A stretch of DNA of 64,000 bases, taken from the NCBI GenBank assembly GCA_039028615.1, contig JBCCHT010000054.1, positions 1 through 64,000 on the forward strand, in the 5' to 3' direction. The position numbers and the translations under genes were made by a program. This DNA is from Myxococcota bacterium (lineage in GTDB: Bacteria > Myxococcota_A > Polyangia > Nannocystales > Nannocystaceae). Below are positions 10,399 to 20,900 of the stretch, one piece after another (the first letter of the stretch is position 1; each line of letters starts with the position of its first letter). The notes under the pieces were generated by a model. That model saw only the letters and a program-made list of their open reading frames with translations. It was not told where the DNA came from and searched no databases.

Positions 10399-13089
10399 CT
10401 ACTCCGCCGTCGCGTCGAGCGGCGCGGGCGACTCGGGGTCGAGCGCGTACAGCAGCTGCTCCGGGGTCTCTGCACTGCGAATGCGCTCGAGCAGATCGGA
10501 CTCCATCACCGCCCCCGCGATCGCAGCCAGCAGGCGCAGGTGCGAGGCGCGATCGGACGGCGGCCCGAGCAGGCAGAAGCACACGTCGACCATGCCGTCC
10601 TCCGACTCGCCGTACTGGATCGGGCTCGTCAGGGTCATCACGCCCATGAAGGTGCGCTCCAGGCCGGGCACGGTGGCATGCGGGATGGCCATGCCGTGGC
10701 CCATGGCCGTGCTCTGCAACGACTCGCGCTCGAGCAGTTCGCGCTCGATGGCGGCCGCGGACATGTGCGGCACCGCCCCGGCCATCATCGTGGCGAGCTC
10801 GGAGAACAAGCGGTCCTTCTTGAGCACACCCCGATGGGCGGCGAGGGCCTCGGGGGCCACGAAGTCGAAGAGCACCGAGCCCGTGCCGCCCTCCTCCGTC
10901 GACCTCAAGATCGCCCGGTGGAACTCGGCGCGCGGTGTCTTGAGGCGAAGCACGGCGCAGTGGGCCTGCTCCATGATCTTCTCCTCGCGCGCGGCGAAGA
11001 ACATCGAGCGCAAAGGCTTTTCGGGCGGCGCCCCGAGGACGACCAGGTCGTAGCGAGCGGATGCCTTGACCAGATCGGCCACGTCGTCGTCCCCGGGCAG
11101 CACGGTCAGGCTGTTGTCGCTGCTGCACAGCGCCCGCATCTGCTCGGCGTAGGCGGTGGCGACCTCGGTGTCCCCGCCGTGCGTGGCGGCATGATTGACG
11201 AACCCGATGTCCGCCCGGAACAGCGAGGCCAAGTCGTCGGCGGTGTGGGCCACCAGCGCGTCGTGGGGCCCCGGCTCGGCCACCACCATCACGTGGCGAT
11301 AGGTCCGAATGCCCGCGTCGCGGAACACGGCGAGGTTGCAGGGCAGGCGGTTGACCAGCCACTCCATGGGGTCGCGGACGATCCGCCCCCGCATGTTGCG
11401 CTCGCGCCAGGCCATCACCACCCAGCGGGAGTCCAGCAGGTTGGCGCGCTCGTACAGGGTGCGGCGAACGTCGCGGGTGACCAGCAGGTCGAAGCTCGCC
11501 TTGATCTTGCGCTCGCGCGCCAGCGCCAAGACCCGGCGCTCGAGCGAGGCGATGCGATCGTCGGGCTCGAGCGCATCGCTGAGCTCCATCTGCTCGGGGA
11601 CCTCCCGCAGCGCCAGCACCTCGACGTGGCCGCCCGCCCCGGCCAGGGTCATGCCGATCTGCACCAAGGCCTCGGGGGAGGGCTCGGTGCCGAACAGCGC
11701 CACGATGACGCGCCCCTGGTCGATGGTGGAGTAGGCCCCGGTTCGCGCCGGGTCGCGCACCAGGTCCTTGCGGCGGAGGATCTGCCGCAGGATGCCCAGG
11801 CGGCTCGATCGTGTGCGCCCGTAGAACATGTACAGCGCAAAGCCCAAGCCGGAGATCACCACCAGGCCGACCAGCGCCACCGAGCCCATCGCCACCAAGA
11901 TGGCCAGGCCGGTCACGACGCCGATGATGGGCATCACGGGATACAGCGGCACGCGGAAGCGCGGCTCGTACCACTGCGCCTTGCTCTCGCGGAACACGAT
12001 CAGCGCCACGTTGACGGTGACGAAGGCCGCGATCATGAAGGCGCTGGCCAGCTTGGCGATCTTCACCACGTCGAAGAGCAGGACGATGGTGGCCATGGAC
12101 CCGCCGGTCAGGGCGATGGCCCAGTGCGGCGTCATGTAGCGCCGATGCACCCGCTGGAAGACGTCGGGGGCCAGCTTGTCGCGGGCCATGGCGAAGGGAA
12201 AGCGCGAGGCGGCGAGCAGGCCCGCGTTGGCCATGGAGACCAGGGCCGCGAACGCGGTGGCCACGATGATCGGCACGCCCACCGACCCCACGACCTCGTT
12301 GGCCAGGGTGGCGATGGGCGTGGTGTCCCCGGTCAGCTCGGCGGGCGAGAAGATCCCCGCGAGCACCCAGGCCACCAGCGTGTAGACCAGCGCGATGACG
12401 GACAGCGAGATGACGATGCCCAGCGGGATGTTGCGGGCCTCGTCGCGGACCTCCTCGGCGATGGCCGCGATCTTGGTGACCCCCGCGTAGGAGATGAACA
12501 CCAGGCCGACGGTGGCGAGCAGGCCGCTCATGCCGTTGGCCAGCCAGGGCGGATCGCCGGGGCGGGCGTGCAGGATGTGGAGGCGCTCGATCTGCGGCGC
12601 GCCCACGAACACCAGGCCGATCAGGACGATCAAGCAGCCGCCGACGACGAAGGTCTGCACCTTGCCCACCTTGCGGACGCCGACGATGTTGAGCGCGACG
12701 ACCCCGACCAGCAGACCCATGGCCACGGGGGCGGTGGGGATGTCGAGCACGAGGTCGAGGTAGGAGCCGAGCACGGCGAGGGCGAACGAGCTCTTGAGCA
12801 GCAGCGACAGCCACAGGCCCAAGCCCGCGATCGTCCCCGCCATCGGTCCCATCGCACGCTCGACGAACAGGTAGCTGCCGCCCGCGGAGGGAATGGCGGT
12901 CGACAGCTCGGCCTTGGTCATCGCCGAGGGGATCACCAGCAGCGCCGACAGCAGGTAGGCCAGCCACAGCGACGCGCCGGTCATGCCGGCCGCGACCGCG
13001 GGCAACAAGAAGATCTCGCCGCCGAGCATGGCGCCGACCGAAATCGCGACCACGCTCAACAGGCCCAGCGAGCGCTCGAGTTCCTTCAC
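10399..13089 (-). CDS. APC-family amino acid permease fused to USP-like domains and a C-terminal PTS EIIA domain
   Basis: ~12 TM segments with GAMLGGEIF and YAGVTKIAAIAEEV; USP-like middle region; ERESLQSTAMGHGMAIPH EIIA(Ntr/Fru)-type phospho-His motif; GTG start 13089 inferred. Confidence 0.85.
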   Translation of the reverse strand: MKELERSLGLLSVVAISVGAMLGGEIFLLPAVAAGMTGASLWLAYLLSALLVIPSAMTKAELSTAIPSAGGSYLFVERAMGPMAGTIAGLGLWLSLLLKSSFALAVLGSYLDLVLDIPTAPVAMGLLVGVVALNIVGVRKVGKVQTFVVGGCLIVLIGLVFVGAPQIERLHILHARPGDPPWLANGMSGLLATVGLVFISYAGVTKIAAIAEEVRDEARNIPLGIVISLSVIALVYTLVAWVLAGIFSPAELTGDTTPIATLANEVVGSVGVPIIVATAFAALVSMANAGLLAASRFPFAMARDKLAPDVFQRVHRRYMTPHWAIALTGGSMATIVLLFDVVKIAKLASAFMIAAFVTVNVALIVFRESKAQWYEPRFRVPLYPVMPIIGVVTGLAILVAMGSVALVGLVVISGLGFALYMFYGRTRSSRLGILRQILRRKDLVRDPARTGAYSTIDQGRVIVALFGTEPSPEALVQIGMTLAGAGGHVEVLALREVPEQMELSDALEPDDRIASLERRVLALARERKIKASFDLLVTRDVRRTLYERANLLDSRWVVMAWRERNMRGRIVRDPMEWLVNRLPCNLAVFRDAGIRTYRHVMVVAEPGPHDALVAHTADDLASLFRADIGFVNHAATHGGDTEVATAYAEQMRALCSSDNSLTVLPGDDDVADLVKASARYDLVVLGAPPEKPLRSMFFAAREEKIMEQAHCAVLRLKTPRAEFHRAILRSTEEGGTGSVLFDFVAPEALAAHRGVLKKDRLFSELATMMAGAVPHMSAAAIERELLERESLQSTAMGHGMAIPHATVPGLERTFMGVMTLTSPIQYGESEDGMVDVCFCLLGPPSDRASHLRLLAAIAGAVMESDLLERIRSAETPEQLLYALDPESPAPLDATAE

Positions 13090-13220
13090 GCGTCCCCTCG
13101 CGGTGCTCCCGGGTGCTGCTGCATCCGCCCCGATGATAGCCACGGCAGGGGTTCCACGACGAGAGGGCGTTCACTGGGCTCGTCGAGTGTCGGACTTGCG
13201 CGTACCATGCGAACGGTCCG

Positions 13221-14558
13221 ATGTGTTCCATGCTCCGACTCCCCGTGTCGACCTTCGCCGAACGCCGACAACGCGTTCTCGACCAGCTTCCTCCCGGGGG
13301 GGCAATGTTGCTGCCGACCCACGGTGAGCTGACCCGGTCGAACACCACGAGCTTCCCGTTTCGCCCGAATTCCGACTTCTACTACCTGTGTGGCTTTCCC
13401 GAGCCCGACGCCTGGCTGCTGCTCAAGCGTGACGGGGTGGACCCAGGCACCCATATGTTCGTGCTGCCGCGGGACCGCGAGCGCGAGACCTGGACCGGCC
13501 GCCGCTTCGGGGAGCGGGGCGCCCGGGAGGATTTCGGGGCCGACCACGCCTGGTCGGTGGCCCAGCTCGACGAGCAGCTCGGACGCCTGCTCGAGGACGT
13601 CGACGTCCTGTACTTCGCCTTCGGTCGCCACCCCGCCAAGGAGCGGCGCCTGCACCGGGTGCTCTCGCGAGTCCGGGTCGGCCGCAAGCCGGGCCTGGGT
13701 CCGTCGACGTTGCGCGACCCCGACCCGATGCTGTCGGAGATGCGCCTGATCAAGAGCGACGTGGAGCTGCAGGTCATGCAGACCGGCGTCGAGATCTCCA
13801 CCGAGGCGCACCTCGCCGCCATGCGAGAGGTTCGAGCCGGTCGCTGGGAGTACGAGATCCAGGCGCTGGTGGAGTACACCTTCCGCCGTCGCGGCGGGTG
13901 GGGCTGGGCCTATCCCAGCATCGTGGCCGCGGGCGACAACGCCTGCATCCTCCACTATGTGAACAACGAGTCGCAGTTCCAAGACGGTCAGCTGATGCTG
14001 ATCGATGCGGGCGCGGAGATCGACGGCTACGCCACCGACATCACCCGCACCACGCCCGTGGGCGCGCGCTACGAGGGCGCGCAGCGAGACGCCTACGACT
14101 TGGTGCTCCGCGTGCAGAAAAAGGCGATCGACGCGGTCCGCCCCGGCGGCTCCATCAACGCGATCCACGAGCAAGTGCTACGCGACCTGACCCAGGGCAT
14201 GGTCGACCTGGGCGTGCTTTCGGGCGACGTCGAGGAGCTCATCGCCGAGAAGAAGCACGAGGCGTACTACCCCCATCGCACCTCCCACTGGCTGGGCGTC
14301 GACGTGCACGACGTCGGCCGTTACTGCGTGCGCGAGGGCGGGGACAAGCTCTTCGAGCCGGGGCAGGTGCTCACCGTGGAGCCGGGGCTGTACTTCCCGC
14401 CCGACGACGAGACGCTGCCCAAGGGCTTCGCAGGGGTCGGCATCCGCATCGAGGACGACGTGCTCGTTACCGCGGGCGACCCCGACGTGCTCACGCACAC
14501 CGTGCCCAAGACGATGGACGAGATCGAAGCGATCCGCCGCGACGCGCTGGGTACCTAA
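13221..14558 (+). CDS. pepP: Xaa-Pro aminopeptidase
   Basis: FRPNSDFYYLCGF N-domain; M24 ligands IDAGAE, DITRT, HWLGVDVHD, TVEPG, GIRIEDD. Confidence 0.93.
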   Translation: MCSMLRLPVSTFAERRQRVLDQLPPGGAMLLPTHGELTRSNTTSFPFRPNSDFYYLCGFPEPDAWLLLKRDGVDPGTHMFVLPRDRERETWTGRRFGERGAREDFGADHAWSVAQLDEQLGRLLEDVDVLYFAFGRHPAKERRLHRVLSRVRVGRKPGLGPSTLRDPDPMLSEMRLIKSDVELQVMQTGVEISTEAHLAAMREVRAGRWEYEIQALVEYTFRRRGGWGWAYPSIVAAGDNACILHYVNNESQFQDGQLMLIDAGAEIDGYATDITRTTPVGARYEGAQRDAYDLVLRVQKKAIDAVRPGGSINAIHEQVLRDLTQGMVDLGVLSGDVEELIAEKKHEAYYPHRTSHWLGVDVHDVGRYCVREGGDKLFEPGQVLTVEPGLYFPPDDETLPKGFAGVGIRIEDDVLVTAGDPDVLTHTVPKTMDEIEAIRRDALGT

Positions 14559-14561
14559 CGC

Positions 14562-15296
14562 TCATTTCGAGGGCGCGAGGCTCTCGACGGCCACCCGTGA
14601 GCCGATCTCGGGCGACAGGCGGAACCGATAGCCGGCGCCGCGCAGCGTCTCGATATAGGCCGAGGCGCCGCCGAGCTTCTTGCGAAGCCGCTGGATGTGC
14701 GTGTCGACGGTCCGCGTCGGCAGGTAGGGGTCGTGACCCCAGACATCGTTGAGCAGAGTCTCCCGGCTCTGCACCCGACCGCGACGCGCCAGCAGCAGCG
14801 ACAGCAGCCGCAGCTCCAGCGCGGTCAAGATGACCTCCTGATCGTCGACCCAGACCTGGTGCGCGAGGCTGTCGACGCGCAGTCGACCAAAGCGCAGCTC
14901 GTTGGGCACGACCTCGGGACGATCGGCACGTCGAATGACCGCCTTGAGTCGGAGGACCAGCTCCCTCAGGCTGAAGGGCTTGGTGACATAGTCGTCGGCT
15001 CCGACCTCGAATCCCACCACGCGATCGATCTCGTCGCCGCGCGCGGTGAGCATGACGATCGGAATGGCACTGGTGCGCTCGCGAGCCCGAAGCTCGCGGC
15101 AGACCTCGGTTCCCGACAGGTCCGGGAGCATCAAGTCGAGAAGGACCAGATCGGGGGTCGGCGACTGAGCCGCGAGTTCGAGCGCACTGCGACCGTTGTA
15201 GGCCGACTGCGTCTGCCACCCCTCTTGCTCCAGAGTGTACGCAATGGTCGCAACTAGATCGGCCTCGTCGTCGACGATCAGTATCCTCGTTCCCAT
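14562..15296 (-). CDS. OmpR-family response regulator, PhoB/PhoP-like
   Basis: ILIVDD, LDLMLP, GADDYVTKPF receiver; RTVDTHIQRLRKKLG and ETLRGAGYRF winged helix; no kinase in the window. Confidence 0.88.
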   Translation of the reverse strand: MGTRILIVDDEADLVATIAYTLEQEGWQTQSAYNGRSALELAAQSPTPDLVLLDLMLPDLSGTEVCRELRARERTSAIPIVMLTARGDEIDRVVGFEVGADDYVTKPFSLRELVLRLKAVIRRADRPEVVPNELRFGRLRVDSLAHQVWVDDQEVILTALELRLLSLLLARRGRVQSRETLLNDVWGHDPYLPTRTVDTHIQRLRKKLGGASAYIETLRGAGYRFRLSPEIGSRVAVESLAPSK

Positions 15297-15402
15297 CGAG
15301 GTGCCAAGCGTGCCGCCCCCATGTGACACCGACGTCACGACAGAGAAAAATCAGAGCGGCGCCCAGGCAACAGTCGTCCGACTGCGGGCCACCGCTCGAA
15401 CG

Positions 15403-15435
15403 TTTCAGGAGTGTGTCATCGGTGTTTCATCTTCG
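15403..15435 (+). promoter_or_regulatory. Putative pho box (three 11-bp direct repeat units)
   Basis: TTTCAGGAGTG / TGTCATCGGTG / TTTCATCTTCG in exact 11-bp register upstream of tonB; a further TTGTCAC at 15463-15469. Confidence 0.55.
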
Positions 15436-15529
15436 GTGGCGCTTTCGCCCCGTCGCCGACGCTTGTCACAAAGCTGGGACGAACGAGACACGCCACGGAC
15501 ATCCATCGGTTCCATAGTCCCCCCGCCTC

Positions 15530-16357
15530 ATGTTGGGTGGATTCGATCCTCGCTCCGGGGAACTCTTCCTTCACCGCAAACGCGGCCAAGCCGTCGTTTG
15601 GGGGACGTTCATCTTGCTGACCACCGGGGTGACCGCGTGGCTCGTTTATCCACCTAAGAAGGAAGAGGTGGTCGAGGTTCAGCTCGAGCCCGAGATCCAG
15701 GATTTCGCGATCGAGGAAGAGCCCGAGCCCGAGCCCGAGCCACCTCCCCCGCCGCCGCCGAATACCAAGGTCAAGGTCGTCAAGAACCCGAAGCCTCGGG
15801 CGAAGCCCAAGCCGCCCAAGAAGAAGGTCACCGAGGTCGCCCAAGAGACCGACGTCGAGAAGACGGTCGAGGTCGGGGCGGGCGGTGGCCAAGCAGGCGG
15901 CAGCGGCATCGACAATACGCCCAAGAAGCCCAAGGTCCTCGACAAGCCGAAGCCCAAGGCTCCGCCCGCGCCGAAGCCCAAGCCGAAGCCCAAGGCCAAG
16001 AAGGCGCCCCTCGATCCGACCAAGCCCGTCGATCGACCGGAGAACGCCACCGCGCCCAAGCCCGTCGCGGGCAACGCCCAGCCCGTGTACCCCAAGGAGC
16101 TGCGCGACAAGGGCATCACCGGCAAGGTGGTCATCAAGCTTCACGTGCACCGCGACGGTTCGGTTCGCGGCGCCAAGATCCTTCGCAAGAGCAACAACGC
16201 CGCGACCGAAGAAGAGAAGAGCCGCGCAAACAAGCTGCTCCTGTCGGCGGTCGTCAAGGCGGTCAAGACCTGGAAGTTCCAGCCCGCAAAGCTGGGCGGC
16301 CAAGCAATCACCGTGTGGCACACGGTGACCATTCCCTTCACTCTCACGGCCGGCTAG
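15530..16357 (+). CDS. tonB: Energy transducer TonB
   Basis: N-terminal TM helix, EP/KP-rich spacer, C-terminal PVYP...G.VVIKLHV...WKFQPA domain. Confidence 0.9.
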   Translation: MLGGFDPRSGELFLHRKRGQAVVWGTFILLTTGVTAWLVYPPKKEEVVEVQLEPEIQDFAIEEEPEPEPEPPPPPPPNTKVKVVKNPKPRAKPKPPKKKVTEVAQETDVEKTVEVGAGGGQAGGSGIDNTPKKPKVLDKPKPKAPPAPKPKPKPKAKKAPLDPTKPVDRPENATAPKPVAGNAQPVYPKELRDKGITGKVVIKLHVHRDGSVRGAKILRKSNNAATEEEKSRANKLLLSAVVKAVKTWKFQPAKLGGQAITVWHTVTIPFTLTAG

Positions 16358-16381
16358 CGGTCACCACACAACAAAGTCGTC

Positions 16382-17068
16382 ATGGAACTTTCACTCGTCG
16401 AAATCTGGGGGTCGATGGGCTTCCTGTCCCGCCTGGTCGCCATCGGTCTGGTCGTGATGGGAGTCGCCAGCCTCTACGTGGCCATCGAGCGCTTCTTGGT
16501 GATCGGTAAGGCACGAACCGCGTCGCAGGTCTTTGCCGCGAAGGCCAAGCCCCTGCTCGAGGATCGGGACTTCGACACCTTGCTCGACCTGACCCGCGGC
16601 AAGGAGTTCGAGAAGACTCCGCTGCCCCGCCTGCTTCGCTTCGGCCTCGAGTCCTTCATGGCCAACAAGAAGGACACCGCCGTCGGCCCCGCCGAGATGG
16701 CTCGCCGCGAGCTGACCCGCCGCCTGCAGGAGCTCGACTCCGAGATCCGCCGCGGCATGGGCATCCTCGCCTCGACCGGCTCCACCGCGCCCTTCATCGG
16801 CCTGTTCGGTACGGTCATCGGTATCATCACCGCCTTCCAGGGCATCGCCGCCGCCGGCGGTGGTGGTCTCGAGGCGGTCTCGGCCGGTATCGCTGAGGCG
16901 CTCATCGTCACCGCGGTCGGCCTGGTCGTCGCCATCATGGCGGTGCTGGTGTTCAACTACCTCACCGCGCGCTTCGACAAGTTCGAGATGAACATGCAGC
17001 ACGCCGCCAGCGAGCTGGTGGACTACCTAGAGGGAGCCGAGGGTGGGAGCGCAGCTGCAAAGCGGTAA
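16382..17068 (+). CDS. exbB: MotA/TolQ/ExbB proton channel
   Basis: STAPFIGLFGTVIGII and GIAEALIVTAVGLVVAI motifs. Confidence 0.9.
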   Translation: MELSLVEIWGSMGFLSRLVAIGLVVMGVASLYVAIERFLVIGKARTASQVFAAKAKPLLEDRDFDTLLDLTRGKEFEKTPLPRLLRFGLESFMANKKDTAVGPAEMARRELTRRLQELDSEIRRGMGILASTGSTAPFIGLFGTVIGIITAFQGIAAAGGGGLEAVSAGIAEALIVTAVGLVVAIMAVLVFNYLTARFDKFEMNMQHAASELVDYLEGAEGGSAAAKR

Positions 17069-17498
17069 GGGCGGGGGGGTCACCCCCAACATCAACGTCA
17101 CGCCGCTCGTCGACGTGGTGTTGGTGCTGCTCATCATCTTCATGTTGGTCATCCCCAACGTGCAGAACGAGGGCAAGCCCATCGAGATGGTCAAGGTCGA
17201 CGCGGCCGACACCCTCTCGGACGACCAAGAGCCCATCATCGTCACCATCGATCGCGACGAGGGTTATCTGGTCGGAGCCGACACCATGGGGAGCATGACC
17301 GAGGCCAGCAACGCCGTCTTGGCGCTGGCCGCCGACAATCCCCGCCAGCGCGTGCTGCTGCGGGCCGACGCCCTGCTGCCCTACAAGCCGGTCCGCGAGC
17401 TCTTCGCCAGCCTGCGCGAGGGTGGCCTGCTCAACGTCGCAATCGCAGTCGGTGTCGCCCGCAACGCCGAGGGCCTGCCCTCGGGCGAGGAGAGCTGA
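17043..17498 (+). CDS. exbD: ExbD/TolR biopolymer transport protein
   Basis: INVTPLVDVVLVLLIIFM and LRAD motifs; GTG start overlapping exbB. Confidence 0.9.
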   Translation: MGAQLQSGKGGGVTPNINVTPLVDVVLVLLIIFMLVIPNVQNEGKPIEMVKVDAADTLSDDQEPIIVTIDRDEGYLVGADTMGSMTEASNAVLALAADNPRQRVLLRADALLPYKPVRELFASLREGGLLNVAIAVGVARNAEGLPSGEES

Positions 17499-17501
17499 GC
17501 C

Positions 17502-17933
17502 ATGGGCATGAGTGTAGGTGGCCGCAAGAAGGGCCGAGTGGCCCCCGAGATGAACGTGACCCCGCTGGTCGACGTCGTCCTGGTGCTGCTCATCATCTTC
17601 ATGATCCTCGCTCCGGTCATCACCGAGGCCTTCACGGTTCGCTTGCCGCCCAAGGACGACGACAAGCAAGAAGAGCTCGACGAGGTCAACGACCCCAACA
17701 AGCCGCTGGTGCTCACCGTCACGGATGAGAACACCTACGAGGTCAACTCGGTCGAGATCGACACGGAAGAGCTGTCCGGGCGCCTGCACCGGATGTTCAA
17801 CGCTCGTCCAGACAACGTCCTGTACCTCGACGGGGAAGACGATGCTGCGGTGGGGGCCGTGATTCGAGGCATCGACATGGCTCGTCAGGGCGGGGCTTCG
17901 CCCGTGGTGATCATCACCAAAAAACTCGAGTGA
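17502..17933 (+). CDS. exbD: ExbD/TolR biopolymer transport protein (second copy)
   Basis: MNVTPLVDVVLVLLIIFM motif. Confidence 0.9.
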   Translation: MGMSVGGRKKGRVAPEMNVTPLVDVVLVLLIIFMILAPVITEAFTVRLPPKDDDKQEELDEVNDPNKPLVLTVTDENTYEVNSVEIDTEELSGRLHRMFNARPDNVLYLDGEDDAAVGAVIRGIDMARQGGASPVVIITKKLE

Positions 17934-17999
17934 ACGGAAGGCGGTGTCGGGCCGCCGTTCGTTCCACTTCGTGTTCGCTACCGAAAGAAGAAGAAAACC

Positions 18000-20900
18000 A
18001 TGAACGTGCGACGTCGACGGACCGCACTGACCTTGGCGGTGCTTGGCCTGTGGGGAACGAGTTCCCAGGCCGAGGCCGCCGAGAGCGAAACTTCCCCCCT
18101 GCCGCTCGGCTTCCGCCTGAGCGACCCGACCGCAGGAGCATCACCCTCCGCCGAAGCGACCCAGCCTCCGGCCGAGGACGCACCGCCCGCGGGCGAGGCC
18201 GCCCCGAAGCCCCCCGCCGAAGGCACCGAGCCTCCCGCCGAGGGCGACGGCTTTGACTTCGCCGACGAGAGTGCCGATGCCCCCGCCGAGGGTGACGCGC
18301 CCGCCGAGGACGACGGCTTCGCCTTCGCCGACGAGAGCGACGAGGAACCCATCGACGAGGGCACGGTGGTCATGCCGGCCGCCCCCGCCGACGACGACGC
18401 GGCCGAGCCCGCCGACGACGAGGGCGACTGGACCTTCGAGATCGAGGACGTCTCCGAGGACGAGGGCGCCATCGAAGAAGAGGTGAAGGCCGCGACCGTC
18501 GAGGCCAAGGGCGCCAAGGTCGGCACCGTGTCCGGCCGCATGCGCGACTCGGTCAGCGGCGACCCGATCATCGGCGGCGTCGTCGAGGTCATCGGCAAGA
18601 AGTACAAGACCAAGACCGACGCCAACGGCGAGTTCTCGCTGGACGTGCCCGAGGGTATCTACGAGATCCGGCTGCGCAGCGACACCGCGCAGCCGCTTCG
18701 CGTGGCCAACGTGGAGGTGCGCCCGGGCGAGACGGTCGAGCTCAAGCGCGACCTCGAGCCCCTCGAGGGCGCGGGCCAGGTGCTCAAGGTCGAGGCCGAG
18801 ATGAACACCGAGAGCGCGGGAGCCCGGCTGCTCCAGCGCAAGGAGTCGACCTCCGCCCGCGACCTGATGAGCCGCGACGAGATCACCGACTCCGGTGGTG
18901 GCTCGACCTCCGCCGTCGCTCGCCGCATCGTGGGCAGCAGCGTGGTGGGTGGCCGCTTCCTGTTCATCCGTGGTCTCGGGCACCGCTACGGCAACACGCT
19001 CTTCGACGGCGCCCGCGTGCCGAGCCCGGAGCCCGAGCTCCGCACCGTACCGCTCGACATCTTCCCCTCCGGGGCGCTGTCGGCCATCAACATCCAAAAG
19101 ACCTTCAGCCCCGACGTGCCCGCCGACTTCACCGGTGGTTCGACGCAGCTGGAGAGCCGCGAAGTCCCCGAGGAGTTCATCTTCGAGGTGTCCGCCGACC
19201 TGGGGGCCAACACCGCCACGACCGGGCGCCAGATGGTGACCGGCGCCGGGTTCTTCGGCGCGGACGCCTTCGGCTTCGGCAACCGCCCGCGGGCCATCCC
19301 CGACGCCCTGCCCACCAACCTCCCGGTCGGACCCTCGGTCCTCGACGAGAACCTCACCCCGGCCTGGACCCCGGCCGACACCGAGCGCTTCGGCGAGTCG
19401 CTCAACGACGACACCCGCATTCGTCGGGGCGCCAAGGCTCCGCCCAACTTCGGGCTCAAGGCCACGACCGGCTACGGCTTCGAATACGGCGAAGACGGGG
19501 GCAAGTTCGGCTTCCTCGTCTCGGCCGGCTACAAGAACAAGCACAGCACCATTCGCCAGCAGTCGCGTCAGTACGGCCTCGGCGAAGACGGCAACCTCGA
19601 CACCGCCACGCCCAACGTCGACTTCGACGGCTTCCGCACCACCTTCAACGTGGCGTGGTCGGGCATCGGCCTGGTCAAGTGGAAGATCAACAAGCAGCAC
19701 AAGCTCGAGACCTTGGTGCTCTACTCGCGCGACGCCGACGACGAGACGCGCGAGTTCCTCGGTGACGCCCGTACCGTCGGGCCCGACCCGATCATCAACA
19801 CTCGCTTACGCTACGTGATGCGCTCGGTCTTGCTGACGCGGCTCGGCGGCAAGCACAAGTTCCCCAAGGCCAACGGACTCACGCTCGACTGGTTCGGCTC
19901 CTACGCACAAGCGCAGCGAGACGACCCGTCGATGCGCGACATGGTGTTCTCCACCAACAACAACGGGCTCACCACGCTCGACATCACCAACGGCGGCGGC
20001 AAGCAGCTGTTCCTGGACCTCACCGACCACACCCAGAGCGGTGCGACCAACCTGACCCTGCCCTTCAAGCAGTGGGGCCAGCTCGACGCCAAGTTCAAGA
20101 CCGGCGTGTGGCTCGAGGGCAAGCAGCGGACCTTCTTCGCGCGCCGCTTCGCGGTCGGCACCGTCACCGGGGCCATGGCGCCCTCGGGCACGGGCGACGT
20201 GTTCAGCCCCGAGACCATCGGCGGCGGGCAGTCCCCCGACGAGCCCTTCTTCTACCGGGAGACCACCCGCGACAACGACAACTACGAGGCGCAGCAGGAG
20301 ATCTACGCCACCTACGCGCAGATCGACCTGCCCTTCGTGCGATGGTTCAAGATCGCCGGTGGCGCGCGCTTCGAGGCGAGCTTCATCGACGTCAGCCCCT
20401 TCGACATCTTCGCGCGCGCGCAGGGTGAGACGGGCATCGACCCCGAGCAGGAAGCCTCACTCACCGGCTACGACGTGCTGCCCTCGGCGTCGTTCATCTT
20501 CTCGCCCACCGACAAGATGAACGTCCGCCTGGTCGGCGCGCAGACCCTCGCTCGCCCCGAGTTCCGCGAGCTGGCGCCCTTCGAGTTCACCGACTTCGTG
20601 GGTGGCTCCACCGTCATCGGTAACCCGGCCCTGACCTCGTCGAAGATCTGGAACGCCGACCTTCGCTGGGAGTACTTCCCCAGCGCGGCCGAGGTGGTCG
20701 CGTTCTCGGTCTTCTACAAGTACTTCGACTCACCCATCGAGCGAACCGCGGGTCCTCGTATCCCGCGCCTGGTCAGCTTCCGCAACGCCCTGCGGGCGCA
20801 GAACGTGGGCGTCGAGCTCGAGGCCCGCAAGAACCTCGAGTTCATGGGCAAGGCCCTCAGCGGATTCTCGCTCGGCACCAACTTTGCCTACGTGTTCTCG

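Noticed and set aside
10337..13348. ~1000-aa ORFs at 10337-13348 (-) and 10339-13332 (+)
   Set aside because: Alternative-frame or antisense shadows of the APC-EIIA gene; Arg/Gly/Ala-rich with no motifs, as expected in high-GC DNA
15322..15339. TGTGAC-N6-GTCAC palindrome as a CRP/FNR site
   Set aside because: TGTGA to TCAC spacing is 8 rather than 6; may be another site but unsupported
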